Source: the human T2T-CHM13v2.0 reference genome, Homo sapiens
Length of the DNA stretch: 64,000 nucleotides
NCBI RefSeq assembly: GCF_009914755.1
Contig: NC_060933.1
Reading direction: 5' to 3' (one strand)
Shown here: one piece after another, positions 13,400 through 28,029 of the stretch
Position numbering within the stretch: the first letter of the stretch is position 1
Layout: each line of letters starts with the position of its first letter
Program-made: the position numbers and the translations under genes
Notes under the pieces: generated by a model
Told to the model about the DNA's origin: nothing
Seen by the model: the letters and a program-made list of their open reading frames with translations, nothing else
Databases searched by the model: none

Positions 13400-16300
13400 A
13401 TTCCATTCCATTCCATTCAATTGCATTCCATTCCATGCCATTCCACTCGGGTTGATTCCATTCCATTCCATACCATTCCATTCCATTCCATTCCATTCCA
13501 TTCCAATGCATTCCATTCCATTCCTTTCCCCTGCACTCGGGTTGATTCCATTCCTTTCCATTCCATTTAATTCCATTCCATTCCATTCCATTCCATTCCA
13601 ATCCGTTCCATTCCATTCCATTCTATTCCACTGCAATCGACTTGATTCCATTCCATTCCATTCTATTCCATTCCATTCCATTCCATTCCATTCCATTCCA
13701 TTCCATTTTGTTCCAATCCATTCTATTCCGAACCATTCCATTCCATTCCATTCCATTCCATTGCATTCCATTCCATGCCATTCCACTCGGGTTGATTCCA
13801 TTCCATTCCATTCCATTCCATTCCATTCCATTCCATTCCATTCCGTTCCATTCCATTTCTTTACATTCATATTGATTCTATTCAATTCCCTTACACTCCA
13901 TTATATTCCAATCCATTCTGGTTGTTTCCATTCCATTCCATTCCATTTCACTCCATTCCATTGCACTCGGTTTGATTCCATTCCATTCCATTCCATTCCA
14001 TTCCGGATGATTCCATTCCATTGCATTCCATTCCATTCCATTCCCCTGCACTCAGGTTGATTCCATTCCATTCCATTCCATTCCATTCGGTTCCGTTCCA
14101 TTCCGTTCTATTGCATTCCATTCTATTCGGGTTAATTCCATTCCATTCTATTCCATTCCATTCCATTGCATTCCATTGCAATGGAGTTGATTCCATTCCA
14201 TTCCATTCCATTCCGGATGATTCCATTCCATTGCATTCCATTCCATTCCATTCCCCTGCACTCGTGTTGATTCCATTACTTTCTATTCCATTCCATTCCG
14301 TTCCATTCCATTGCATTCCCTTCTGTTCCTGTTAATTCCATTCCATTCCATTCCATTCCATTCCATTCCATTCCATTCCATTCCATTCCATTGCAATCGA
14401 GTTGATTCCATTCCACTCCTTTCCATTCCATTCCATTGCCTTGCATTCCAATCGGGTTGATTCCATTCCCTTCTTTCCACTCCATTACATTCCCTTCCAT
14501 TCCACTCGGAATGATTGATTCCATTCCATTCCATTCCATTTCATTCCATTGCAATCCATTCCAATCCATTCCATTCCATTCCACTCGAGCTGATTTCATT
14601 CCATTCCTTTCCATTCCATTCCATTCCTTTCCATTCGAGTTGATTCCATTCCATTGCATTCCATTGCATTCCATTCCATGCCATTCCACTCGGGTTGATT
14701 CCATTCCTTTGCATTCCATTCCATTCCATTCCATTCCATTCCATTCCATTCCATTCCGTTGCATTCCATTCCATTACATTCCGATTGATTCTATTCAACT
14801 CCCTTACTCTCCATTACATTCCATTCCATTCGGGTTGTTCCATTCCATTCCATTCCATTCCACTCCATTCCATTGCACTCGGGTTGATTCCATTCCATTC
14901 CATTCCATTCCATTCCATTCCATTCCATTCCGGATGATTCCATTCCATTGCATTCCGTTCCATTACATTCCCCTGCACTCGCGTTGATTCCATTCCATTC
15001 CATTCCATTCCATTCAATTCCATTCCATTACAATTCGTTCCATTCCATTCTATTCCGTATCATTCCATTCCATTCCATACCATTCCATTCCATTCCATTC
15101 CATTCCATTCCATTCCGTTCCATTCCGTTCCATTCCATTCCAATCCATTCTATTCGGGTTAATTCCATTCCATTTCATTCCATTCCATTCTATTCCATTC
15201 CATTGCAATCGAGTTGAATCCATTGCTTTTCATTCCATTACATTCCATTCCATTCCGGAAGATTCCATTCCATTGCATTCCATTCCATTCCATTCCCCTG
15301 CACTCGCGTTGATTCCATTCTGTTCCATTCCATTCCATTCCATTCCGTTCCATTCCAATCCGTTCCATTCCATTCCATTCCATTCCATTCCATTCCATTC
15401 CGTTCCATTCCATTCCATTCCATTCTATTCGGGTTAATTCCATTCCATTCCATTTGATTGCAATCGTGTTGATTCCATTCCATTCCATTCCATTCCATTC
15501 CATTCCATTCCTTTCCATTCCATTACGGATGATTCCATTCCATTGCATTCCATTGCATTCCGTTCCCCTGTACTCGGGTTGATTCCATTCCATTGCATTC
15601 CAATCCATGCCCTTCCACTCGTGTTGATTCAATTCTTTCCATTCCATTCAAGTTGAATCCATTCCATTGCATTCCATTCCATTCGATTCCATTCGATTGC
15701 ACTTGGGTTGATTCCATTCCATTGCATTCCATTCCATTCCATTCCATTCCATTCCATTCCGTTTCATTCCATTCCATTACATTCGGATTGATTCTATTCA
15801 ATTCCCTTACACTCCATTACATTCCATTCCATTCGGGTAGTTTCCATTCCATTCCATTCCATTCCTCTCCATTCCATTGCACTCGGGTTGATTCCATTCC
15901 ATTGCATTCCATTCCATTCCATTCAATTCCATTCCGTTCCATTCCATTCCATTACATTCGGATTGATTCTATTCATCTCCCTTAGTCTCCATTACATTCC
16001 ATTCCATTCGGGTTGTTCCATTCCATTCCATTCAATTCCACTCCATTCCATTGCACTGGGGTTGATTCCATTCCATTCCATTCCATTCCATTCCATTCCA
16101 TTCCATTCCGGAAGATTCCATTCCATTGCATTCCATTCCATTCCATTCCCCTGCACTCGCGTTGATTCCATTGCATTCCATTCCATTCCATTCCATTCCA
16201 TTCCATTCCATTCCATTCCTTTCCGTTCCATTCCATTCCATTCCATTCCATTCCGTTCCGTTCCGTTCCATTCCATTCCATTCCATTCTATTCGGGTTAA

Positions 16301-19300
16301 TTCCATTCCATTCCATTCGATTGCAATCGAGTTGATTCCATTCCATTCCATTCCATTCCATTCCATTCCATTCCATTCCATTCCTTTCCATTCCATTACG
16401 GATGATTCCATTCCATTGCATTCCATTCCATTCCATTCCCCTGTACTCGGGTTGATTCCATTCCATTCCATTCCAATCCATGCCATTCCACTCGTGTTGA
16501 TTCCATTCTTTCCATTCCATTCAAGTTGAATCCATTCCATTGCATTCCATTCCATTCTATTCCCCTGCAGTCGGGTTGATTCCATTCCATTCCATTCCAT
16601 TCCATTCCATTCCATTCCATTCCGTTCCGTTCCGTTCCATTGCATTCCATTCCTTTCTACCCGGGTTAATTCCATTCCTTTCCATTCCATTCCATTCCAA
16701 TCGAGTTGATTCCATTCCATTCCATTCCATTCCATTCCATTCCATTCCACTCCATTCCAGTCCTTTCCATTCCATTCCACTCGGGTTGATTCCAATGTAT
16801 TCCTTTCCATTCCATTCCATTCCATTGCAATCGAGTTGATTCCATTGCTTTGCATTCCATTCCATTCCATTCCATTCCGGATGATTCCATTCCATTGCAT
16901 TCCATTCCATTCCATTCCCCTGCACTCGGGTTGATTCCATTCCATTCCACTCCATTCCGTTCCATTCCATTCCATTCCATTGTATTCGGGTTAATTCCAT
17001 TCCATTCCATTCCATTCCATTCCATTCCATTCCAATCGAGTTGATTCCATTCCATTCCATTCCATTCCAGTCCTTTCCGTTCCATTCCACTCGGGTTGAT
17101 TCCATTCTATTAGTTTCCATTCCATTCCATTCCCTTCCATTCCACTATGGTTGATTCCATTCCTTTCCATTCCACTCGAATACATTCCTTCCTATTCCAC
17201 TCGGAACGTTTCCATTCCATTCCATTCCATTCCATTCCATTCCATTCCATTCCATTCCATTTCATTCCATTGCAATCCATTCCAATCCATTCCATTCCAT
17301 TCCACTCGAGTTGATTTCATTCCATCTCTTTCCATTCCATTCCATTCCTTTCCATTTGAGTTGATTCCATTCCATTCCATTCCATTGCATTCCATTCCAT
17401 GCCATTCCACTCGGGTTGATTCCATTCCTTTGCATTCCATTCCATTCCATTCCATTCCATTCCATTCCATTCCATTCCATTGCATTCCATTCCATTACAT
17501 TCGGATTGATTCTATTCAACTCCCTTACTCTCCATTACATTCCATTCCATTCGGGTTGTTCCATTCCATTCCATTCCATTCCACTCCATTCCATTGCACT
17601 CGGGTTGATTCCATTCCATTCCATTCCATTCCATTCCATTCCGGATGATTCCATTCCATTGCATTCCGTTCCATTACATTCCCCTGCACTCGCGTTGATT
17701 CCATTCCATTCCATTCCATTCCATTCAATTCCATTCCATTACAATTCGTTCCATTCCATTCTATTCCGTACCATTCCATTCCATTCCATACCATTCCACT
17801 CCATTCCATTCCATTCCATTCCATTCCGTTGCATTCCGTTCCATTCCATTCCATTCCATTCTGTTCGGGTTAATTCCATTCCATTCCATTCCATTCCATT
17901 CTATTCCATTCCATTGCAATCGAGTTGAATCCATTGCATTTCATTCCATTCCATTCCATTCCATTCCGGAAGATTCCATTCCATTGCATTCCATTCCATT
18001 CCATTCCCCTGCACTCGCGTTGATTCCATTCCATTCCATTCCGTTGCACTCCATTCCTTTCCATTCCTTTCCGTTCCATTCCATTCCACTCCATTCCATT
18101 CCGTTCCGTTCCATTCCATTCCATTCCATTCTATTCGGGTTAATTCCATTCCATTCCATTCGATTGCAATCGAGTTGATTCCATTCCATTCCATTCCATT
18201 CCATTCCAGTCCTTTCCATTCCTTTCCATTCCATTACTGATGATTCCGTTCCATTGCATTCCATTCCATTCCATTCCCCTGTACTCGGGTTGATTCCATT
18301 CCATTCCATTCCAATCCATGCCATTCCACTCGTGTTGATTCCATTCTTTCCTTTCCATTCAAGTTGAATCCATTCCATTGCATGCCATTCCTCTCGTGTT
18401 GATTCCATTCTTTCCTTTCCATTCAAGTTGAATCCATTCCATTGCATTCCATTCCATTTGATTCCATTCCATTGCACTCGGGTTGATTCCATTCCATTCC
18501 ATTCCATTCCATTCCGGATGATTCCATTCCATTGCATTCCGTTCCATTACATTCCCCTGCACTCGGGTTGATTCCATTCCATTCCATTCCATTCCATTCG
18601 ATTCCATTCCATTCCCCTGCACTCGCGTTGATTCCATTCCAATCAATTCCATTGCATTCCATTCCATTCCATTCCTTTCCATTCCAGTCTTTTCCATTCC
18701 ATTCCACTCGGGTTGATTCCATTCTATTGGTTTCCATTCCATTCCATTCCCTTCCATTCCACTCTGGTTGATTCCATTCCTTTCCATTCCACTCGAATAC
18801 ATTCCCTCCTATTCCACTCGGAATGATTCCATTCCATTCAATTCCATTCCATTTCGTTCCATTCCATTCTATTCCGTATCATTCCATTCCATTCCATTCC
18901 ATTCCATTGTACTCGGGTTGATTCCATTCCATTGCATTCCATTCCATTCCATTCCATTCCATTCCATTCCATTCCGTTGCATTCTATTCCATTACATTCG
19001 GATTGATTCTATTCAACTCCCTTACTCTCCATTACATTCCATTCCATTTGGGTTGTTCCATTCCATTCCATTCCATTCCACTCCATTCCATTGCACTCGG
19101 GTTGATTCCATTCCATTCCATTCCATTCCATTCCATTCCATTCCATTCCGGATGATTCCATTCCATTGCATTCCGTTCCATTACATTCCCCTGCACTCGT
19201 GTTGATTCCATTCCATTCCATTCCATTCCATTCAATTCCATTCCATTACAATTCGTTCCATTGCGTTCTATTCCGTACCATTCCATTCCATTCCATACCA

Positions 19301-20692
19301 TTCCATTCCATTCCATTCCATTCCATTCCTTTCCATTCCGTTCCATTCCATTCCATTCCATTCTATTCGGGTTAATTCCATTCCATTCCATTCCATTCCA
19401 TTCCATTCCATTCTATTCCATTCCATTGCAATCGAGTTGAATCAATTGCATTTCATTCCATTCCATTCCATTCCATTCCGGAAGATTCCATTCCATTGCA
19501 TTCCATTCCATTCCATTCCCCTGCACTCGCGTTGATTCCATTCCATTCCATTCCATTCCATTCCATTCCATCCATTCCATTCCGTTCCATTCCATTCCAT
19601 TCCATTCCATTCCGTTCCGTTCCATTCCATTCCATTCCATTCTATTCGGGTTAATTCCATTCCATTCCATTCGATTGCAATCGAGTTGATTCCATTCCAT
19701 TCCATTCCATTCCATTCCATTCCATTCCACTCCTTTCCATTCCATTACGGATGATTCCATTCCATTGCATTCCATTCCATTCCATTCCCCTGTACTCGGG
19801 TTGATTCCATTCCATTCCATTCCAATCCATGCCATTCCACTCGTGTTGATTCCATTCTTTCCATTCCATTCAAGTTGAATCCATTCCATTGGATTCCATT
19901 CCATTCGATTCCATTCGATTGCACTCGGGTTGATTCCATTCCATTGCATTGCATTCCATTCAATTCCATTCCATTCCATTCCATTCCGTTCCATTCCATT
20001 CCATTACATTCGGATTGATTCTATTCAATTCCCTTACACTCCATTACATTCCATTCCATTCGGGTAGTTTCCATTCCATTCCATTCCATTCCTCTACATT
20101 CCATTGCATTCGGGTTGATTCCATTCCATTGCATTCCATTCCATTCCATTCAATTCCATTCCATTCCATTCCATTCCATTACATTCGGATTGATTCTATT
20201 CAACTCCCTTACTCTCCATTACATTCGATTCCATTCGGGTTGTTCCATTCCATTCCATTCCATTCCACTCCATTCCATTGCACTCGGGTTGATTCCATTC
20301 CATTCCATTCCATTCCATTCCGGAAGATTCCATTCCATTGCATTCCATTCCATTCCATTCCCCTGCACTGGCGTTGATTCCATTCCATTCCATTCCATTC
20401 CATTCCATTCCATTCCATTCCATTCCATTCCTTTCCGTTCCTTTCCATTCCATTCCATTCCATTCCAATCCATTCCACTCCGTTCCGTTCCGTTCCATTC
20501 CATTCCATTCCATTCTATTCGGGTTAATTCCATTCCATTCCATTCGATTTCAATCGAGTTGATTCCATTCCATTCTATTCCATTCCATTCCATTCCTTTC
20601 CATTCCATTACGGATGATTCCATTCCATTGCATTCCATTCCATTCCATTCCCCTGTACTCGGGTTGATTCCATTCCATTCCATTCCAATGCA
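13400..20692 (+). repeat. ~7.3 kb tandem duplication, copy 1
   Basis: ORF pairs at offsets 7297 (13452/20749), 7302 (13901/21203, 14276/21578), 7312 (15159/22471, 19009/26321) and 7317 (17941/25258, 19745/27062). Shared rare variants include CCGAACC, CATATTG, CCTTAGTCT, CACTATGG and ACTGATG. Confidence 0.93.
18317..18444 (+). repeat. 64 bp tandem duplication (also at ~25634-25761)
   Basis: CATGCCATTCC(A/T)CTCGTGTTGATTCCATTCTTTCCTTTCCATTCAAGTTGAATCCATTCCATTG starts at 18317 and again at 18381. Both copies carry the same CTTTCCTTTCC variant. Confidence 0.9.
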
Positions 20693-23600
20693 ATCCATTC
20701 CATTCCATTCCATTCAATTGCATTCCATTCCATGCCATTCCACTCGGGTTGATTCCATTCCATTCCATACCATTCCATTCCATTCCATTCCATTCCATTC
20801 CAATGCATTCCATTCCATTCCTTTCCCCTGCACTCGGGTTGATTCCATTCCTTTCCATTCCATTTAATTCCATTCCATTCCATTCCATTCCATTCCAATC
20901 CGTTCCATTCCATTCCATTCTATTCCACTGCAATCGACTTGATTCCATTCCATTCCATTCTATTCCATTCCATTCCATTCCATTCCATTCCATTCCATTC
21001 CATTCCATTTTGTTCCAATCCATTCTATTCCGAACCATTCCATTCCATTCCATTCCATTCCATTGCATTCCATTCCATGCCATTCCACTCGGGTTGATTC
21101 CATTCCATTCCATTCCATTCCATTCCATTCCATTCCATTCCATTCCGTTCCATTCCATTTCTTTACATTCATATTGATTCTATTCAATTCCCTTACACTC
21201 CATTATATTCCAATCCATTCTGGTTGTTTCCATTCCATTCCATTCCATTTCACTCCATTCCATTGCACTCGGTTTGATTCCATTCCATTCCATTCCATTC
21301 CATTCCGGATGATTCCATTCCATTGCATTCCATTCCATTCCATTCCCCTGCACTCAGGTTGATTCCATTCCATTCCATTCCATTCCATTCGGTTCCGTTC
21401 CATTCCGTTCTATTGCATTCCATTCTATTCGGGTTAATTCCATTCCATTCTATTCCATTCCATTCCATTGCATTCCATTGCAATGGAGTTGATTCCATTC
21501 CATTCCATTCCATTCCGGATGATTCCATTCCATTGCATTCCATTCCATTCCATTCCCCTGCACTCGTGTTGATTCCATTACTTTCTATTCCATTCCATTC
21601 CGTTCCATTCCATTGCATTCCCTTCTGTTCCTGTTAATTCCATTCCATTCCATTCCATTCCATTCCATTCCATTCCATTCCATTCCATTCCATTGCAATC
21701 GAGTTGATTCCATTCCACTCCTTTCCATTCCATTCCATTGCCTTGCATTCCAATCGGGTTGATTCCATTCCCTTCTTCCCACTCCATTACATTCCCTTCC
21801 ATTCCACTCGGAATGATTGATTCCATTCCATTCCATTCCATTTCATTCCATTGCAATCCATTCCAATCCATTCCATTCCATTCCACTCGAGTTGATTTCA
21901 TTCCATTCCTTTCCATTCCATTCCATTCCTTTCCATTCGAGTTGATTCCATTCCATTGCATTCCATTGCATTCCATTCCATGCCATTCCACTCGGGTTGA
22001 TTCCATTCCTTTGCATTCCATTCCATTCCATTCCATTCCATTCCATTCCATTCCATTCCGTTGCATTCCATTCCATTACATTCCGATTGATTCTATTCAA
22101 CTCCCTTACTCTCCATTACATTCCATTCCATTCGGGTTGTTCCATTCCATTCCATTCCATTCCACTCCATTCCATTGCACTCGGGTTGATTCCATTCCAT
22201 TCCATTCCATTCCATTCCATTCCATTCCATTCCATTCCATTCCGGATGATTCCATTCCATTGCATTCCGTTCCATTACATTCCCCTGCACTCGCGTTGAT
22301 TCCATTCCATTCCATTCCATTCCATTCAATTCCATTCCATTACAATTCGTTCCATTCCATTCTATTCCGTACCATTCCATTCCATTCCATACCATTCCAT
22401 TCCATTCCATTCCATTCCATTCCATTCCGTTCCATTCCGTTCCATTCCATTCCATTCCATTCTATTCGGGTTAATTCCATTCCATTTCATTCCATTCCAT
22501 TCTATTCCATTCCATTGCAATCGAGTTGAATCCATTGCATTTCATTCCATTACATTCCATTCCATTCCGGAAGATTCCATTCCATTGCATTCCATTCCAT
22601 TCCATTCCCCTGCACTCGCGTTGATTCCATTCTGTTCCATTCCATTCCATTCCATTCCGTTCCGTTCCAATCCGTTCCATTCCATTCCATTCCATTCCAT
22701 TCCATTCCATTCCGTTCCATTCCATTCCATTCCATTCTATTCGGGTTAATTCCATTCCATTCCATTCGATTGCAATCGTGTTGATTCCATTCCATTCCAT
22801 TCCATTCCATTCCATTCCATTCCTTTCCATTCCATTACGGATGATTCCATTCCATTGCATTCCATTGCATTCCGTTCCCCTGTACTCGGGTTGATTCCAT
22901 TCCATTGCATTCCAATCCATGCCCTTCCACTCGTGTTGATTCAATTCTTTCCATTCCATTCAAGTTGAATCCATTCCATTGCATTCCATTCCATTCGATT
23001 CCATTCGATTGCACTCGGATTGATTCCATTCCATTGCATTCCATTCCATTCCATTCCATTCCATTCCATTCCGTTTCATTCCATTCCATTACATTCGGAT
23101 TGATTCTATTCAATTCCCTTACACTCCATTACATTCCATTCCATTCGGGTAGTTTCCATTCCATTCCATTCCATTCCTCTCCATTCCATTGCACTCGGGT
23201 TGATTCCATTCCATTGCATTCCATTCCATTCCATTCAATTCCATTCCGTTCCATTCCATTCCATTACATTCGGATTGATTCTATTCATCTCCCTTAGTCT
23301 CCATTACATTCCATTCCATTCGGGTTGTTCCATTCCATTCCATTCCATTCCACTCCATTCCATTGCACTGGGGTTGATTCCATTCCATTCCATTCCATTC
23401 CATTCCATTCCATTCCATTCCGGAAGATTCCATTCCATTGCATTCCATTCCATTCCATTCCCCTGCACTCGCGTTGATTCCATTGCATTCCATTCCATTC
23501 CATTCCATTCCATTCCATTCCATTCCATTCCTTTCCGTTCCATTCCATTCCATTCCATTCCATTCCGTTCCGTTCCGTTCCATTCCATTCCATTCCATTC

Positions 23601-26600
23601 TATTCGGGTTAATTCCATTCCATTCCATTCGATTGCAATCGAGTTGATTCCATTCCATTCCATTCCATTCCATTCCATTCCATTCCATTCCATTCCATTC
23701 CTTTCCATTCCATTACGGATGATTCCATTCTATTGCATTCCATTCCATTCCATTCCCCTGTACTCGGGTTGATTCCATTCCATTCCATTCCAATCCATGC
23801 CATTCCACTCGTGTTGATTCCATTCTTTCCATTCCATTCAAGTTGAATCCATTCCATTGCATTCCATTCCATTCTAATCCCCTGCAGTCGGGTTGATTCC
23901 ATTCCATTCCATTCCATTCCATTCCATTCCATTCCATTCCGTTCCGTTCCGTTCCATTGCATTCCATTCCTTTCTACTCGGGTTAATTCCATTCCTTTCC
24001 ATTCCATTCCATTCCAATCGAGTTGATTCCATTCCATTCCATTCCATTCCATTCCATTCCATTCCATTCCACTCCATTCCAGTCCTTTCCATTCCATTCC
24101 ACTCGAGTTGATTCCAATGTATTCCTTTCCATTCCATTCCATTCCATTGCAATCGAGTTGATTCCATTGCATTTCATTCCATTCCATTCCATTCCATTCC
24201 GGATGATTCCATTCCATTGCATTCCATTCCATTCCATTCCCCTGCACTCGGGTTGATTCCATTCCATTCCACTCCATTCCGTTCCATTCCATTCCATTCC
24301 ATTGTATTCGGGTTAATTCCATTCCATTCCATTCCATTCCATTCCATTCCAATCGAGTTGATTCCATTCCATTCCATTCCATTCCAGTCCTTTCCGTTCC
24401 ATTCCACTCGGGTTGATTCCATTCTATTAGTTTCCATTCCATTCCATTCCCTTCCATTCCACTATGGTTGATTCCATTCCTTTCCATTCCACTCGAATAC
24501 ATTCCTTCCTATTCCACTCGGAACGTTTCCATTCCATTCCATTCCATTCCATTCCATTCCATTCCATTCCATTCCATTTCATTCCATTGCAATCCATTCC
24601 AATCCATTCCATTCCATTCCACTCGAGTTGATTTCATTCCATCTCTTTCCATTCCATTCCATTCCTTTCCATTTGAGTTGATTCCATTCCATTCCATTCC
24701 ATTGCATTCCATTCCATGCCATTCCACTCGGGTTGATTCCATTCCTTTGCATTCCATTCCATTCCATTCCATTCCATTCCATTCCATTCCATTCCGTTGC
24801 ATTCCATTCCATTACATTCGGATTGATTCTATTCAACTCCCTTACTCTCCATTACATTCCATTCCATTCGGGTTGTTCCATTCCATTCCATTCCATTCCA
24901 CTCCATTCCATTGCACTCGGGTTGATTCCATTCCATTCCATTCCATTCCATTCCATTCCGGATGATTCCATTCCATTGCATTCCGTTCCATTACATTCCC
25001 CTGCACTCGCGTTGATTCCATTCCATTCCATTCCATTCCATTCAATTCCATTCCATTACAATTCGTTCCATTCCATTCTATTCCGTACCATTCCATTCCA
25101 TTCCATACCATTCCACTCCATTCCATTCCATTCCATTCCATTCCGTTGCATTCCGTTCCATTCCATTCCATTCCATTCTATTCGGGTTAATTCCATTCCA
25201 TTCCATTCCATTCCATTCTATTCCATTCCATTGCAATCGAGTTGAATCCATTGCATTTCATTCCATTCCATTCCATTCCATTCCGGAAGATTCCATTCCA
25301 TTGCATTCCATTCCATTCCATTCCCCTGCACTCGCGTTGATTCCATTCCATTCCATTCCGTTGCACTCCATTCCTTTCCATTCCTTTCCGTTCCATTCCA
25401 TTCCACTCCATTCCATTCCGTTCCGTTCCATTCCATTCCATTCCATTCTATTCGGGTTAATTCCATTCCATTCCATTCGATTGCAATCGAGTTGATTCCA
25501 TTCCATTCCATTCCATTCCATTCCAGTCCTTTCCATTCCTTTCCATTCCATTACTGATGATTCCGTTCCATTGCATTCCATTCCATTCCATTCCCCTGTA
25601 CTCGGGTTGATTCCATTCCATTCCATTCCAATCCATGCCATTCCACTCGTGTTGATTCCATTCTTTCCTTTCCATTCAAGTTGAATCCATTCCATTGCAT
25701 GCCATTCCTCTCGTGTTGATTCCATTCTTTCCTTTCCATTCAAGTTGAATCCATTCCATTGCATTCCATTCCATTTGATTCCATTCCATTGCACTCGGGT
25801 TGATTCCATTCCATTCCATTCCATTCCATTCCGGATGATTCCATTCCATTGCATTCCGTTCCATTACATTCCCCTGCACTCGGGTTGATTCCATTCCATT
25901 CCATTCCATTCCATTCGATTCCATTCCATTCCCCTGCACTCGCGTTGATTCCATTCCAATCAATTCCATTGCATTCCATTCCATTCCATTCCTTTCCATT
26001 CCAGTCTTTTCCATTCCATTCCACTCGGGTTGATTCCATTCTATTAGTTTCCATTCCATTCCATTCCCTTCCATTCCACTCTGGTTGATTCCATTCCTTT
26101 CCATTCCACTCGAATACATTCCCTCCTATTCCACTCGGAATGATTCCATTCCATTCAATTCCATTCCATTTCGTTCCATTCCATTCTATTCCGTATCATT
26201 CCATTCCATTCCATTCCATTCCATTGTACTCGGGTTGATTCCATTCCATTGCATTCCATTCCATTCCATTCCATTCCATTCCATTCCGTTGCATTCTATT
26301 CCATTACATTCGGATTGATTCTATTCAACTCCCTTACTCTCCATTACATTCCATTCCATTTGGGTTGTTCCATTCCATTCCATTCCATTCCACTCCATTC
26401 CATTGCACTCGGGTTGATTCCATTCCATTCCATTCCATTCCATTCCATTCCATTCCATTCCGGATGATTCCATTCCATTGCATTCCGTTCCATTACATTC
26501 CCCTGCACTCGTGTTGATTCCATTCCATTCCATTCCATTCCATTCAATTCCATTCCATTACAATTCGTTCCATTGCGTTCTATTCCGTACCATTCCATTC

Positions 26601-28029
26601 CATTCCATACCATTCCATTCCATTCCATTCCATTCCATTCCTTTCCATTCCGTTCCATTCCATTCCATTCCATTCTATTCGGGTTAATTCCATTCCATTC
26701 CATTCCATTCCATTCCATTCCATTCTATTCCATTCCATTGCAATCGAGTTGAATCAATTGCATTTCATTCCATTCCATTCCATTCCATTCCGGAAGATTC
26801 CATTCCATTGCATTCCATTCCATTCCATTCCCCTGCACTCGCGTTGATTCCATTCCATTCCATTCCATTCCATTCCATTCCATCCATTCCATTCCGTTCC
26901 ATTCCATTCCATTCCATTCCATTCCGTTCCGTTCCATTCCATTCCATTCCATTCTATTCGGGTTAATTCCATTCCATTCCATTCGATTGCAATCGAGTTG
27001 ATTCCATTCCATTCCATTCCATTCCATTCCATTCCATTCCATTCCACTCCTTTCCATTCCATTACGGATGATTCCATTCCATTGCATTCCATTCCATTCC
27101 ATTCCCCTGTACTCGGGTTGATTCCATTCCATTCCATTCCAATCCATGCCATTCCACTCGTGTTGATTCCATTCTTTCCATTCCATTCAAGTTGAATCCA
27201 TTCCATTGGATTCCATTCCATTCGATTCCATTCGATTGCACTCGGGTTGATTCCATTCCATTGCATTGCATTCCATTCAATTCCATTCCATTCCATTCCA
27301 TTCCGTTCCATTCCATTCCATTACATTCGGATTGATTCTATTCAATTCCCTTACACTCCATTACATTCCATTCCATTCGGGTAGTTTCCATTCCATTCCA
27401 TTCCATTCCTCTACATTCCATTGCATTCGGGTTGATTCCATTCCATTGCATTCCATTCCATTCCATTCAATTCCATTCCATTCCATTCCATTCCATTACA
27501 TTCGGATTGATTCTATTCAACTCCCTTACTCTCCATTACATTCGATTCCATTCGGGTTGTTCCATTCCATTCCATTCCATTCCACTCCATTCCATTGCAC
27601 TCGGGTTGATTCCATTCCATTCCATTCCATTCCATTCCATTCCATTCCGGAAGATTCCATTCCATTGCATTCCATTCCATTCCATTCCCCTGCACTGGCG
27701 TTGATTCCATTCCATTCCATTCCATTCCATTCCATTCCATTCCATTCCATTCCATTCCATTCCATTCCTTTCCGTTCCTTTCCATTCCATTCCATTCCAT
27801 TCCAATCCATTCCACTCCGTTCCGTTCCGTTCCATTCCATTCCATTCCATTCTATTCGGGTTAATTCCATTCCATTCCATTCGATTTCAATCGAGTTGAT
27901 TCCATTCCATTCTATTCCATTCCATTCCATTCCTTTCCATTCCATTACGGATGATTCCATTCCATTGCATTCCATTCCATTCCATTCCCCTGTACTCGGG
28001 TTGATTCCATTCCATTCCATTCCAATGCA
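20693..28029 (+). repeat. ~7.3 kb tandem duplication, copy 2
   Basis: Both copies end in the rare variant CCAATGCA (ends 20692 and 28029). After 20692 the sequence switches to a match of ~13400 onward (TTCAATTGCATTCCATTCCATGCC...), whereas after 28029 it continues with the normal module TGCCATTCCACTCGTGTTG. Confidence 0.93.

Noticed and set aside
17175-17210. CGAATACATTCC(C/T)TCCTATTCCACTCGGAACG as a foreign insert
   Set aside because: It is in phase with the pentamer and recurs about two dozen times, so it is a diverged satellite module.
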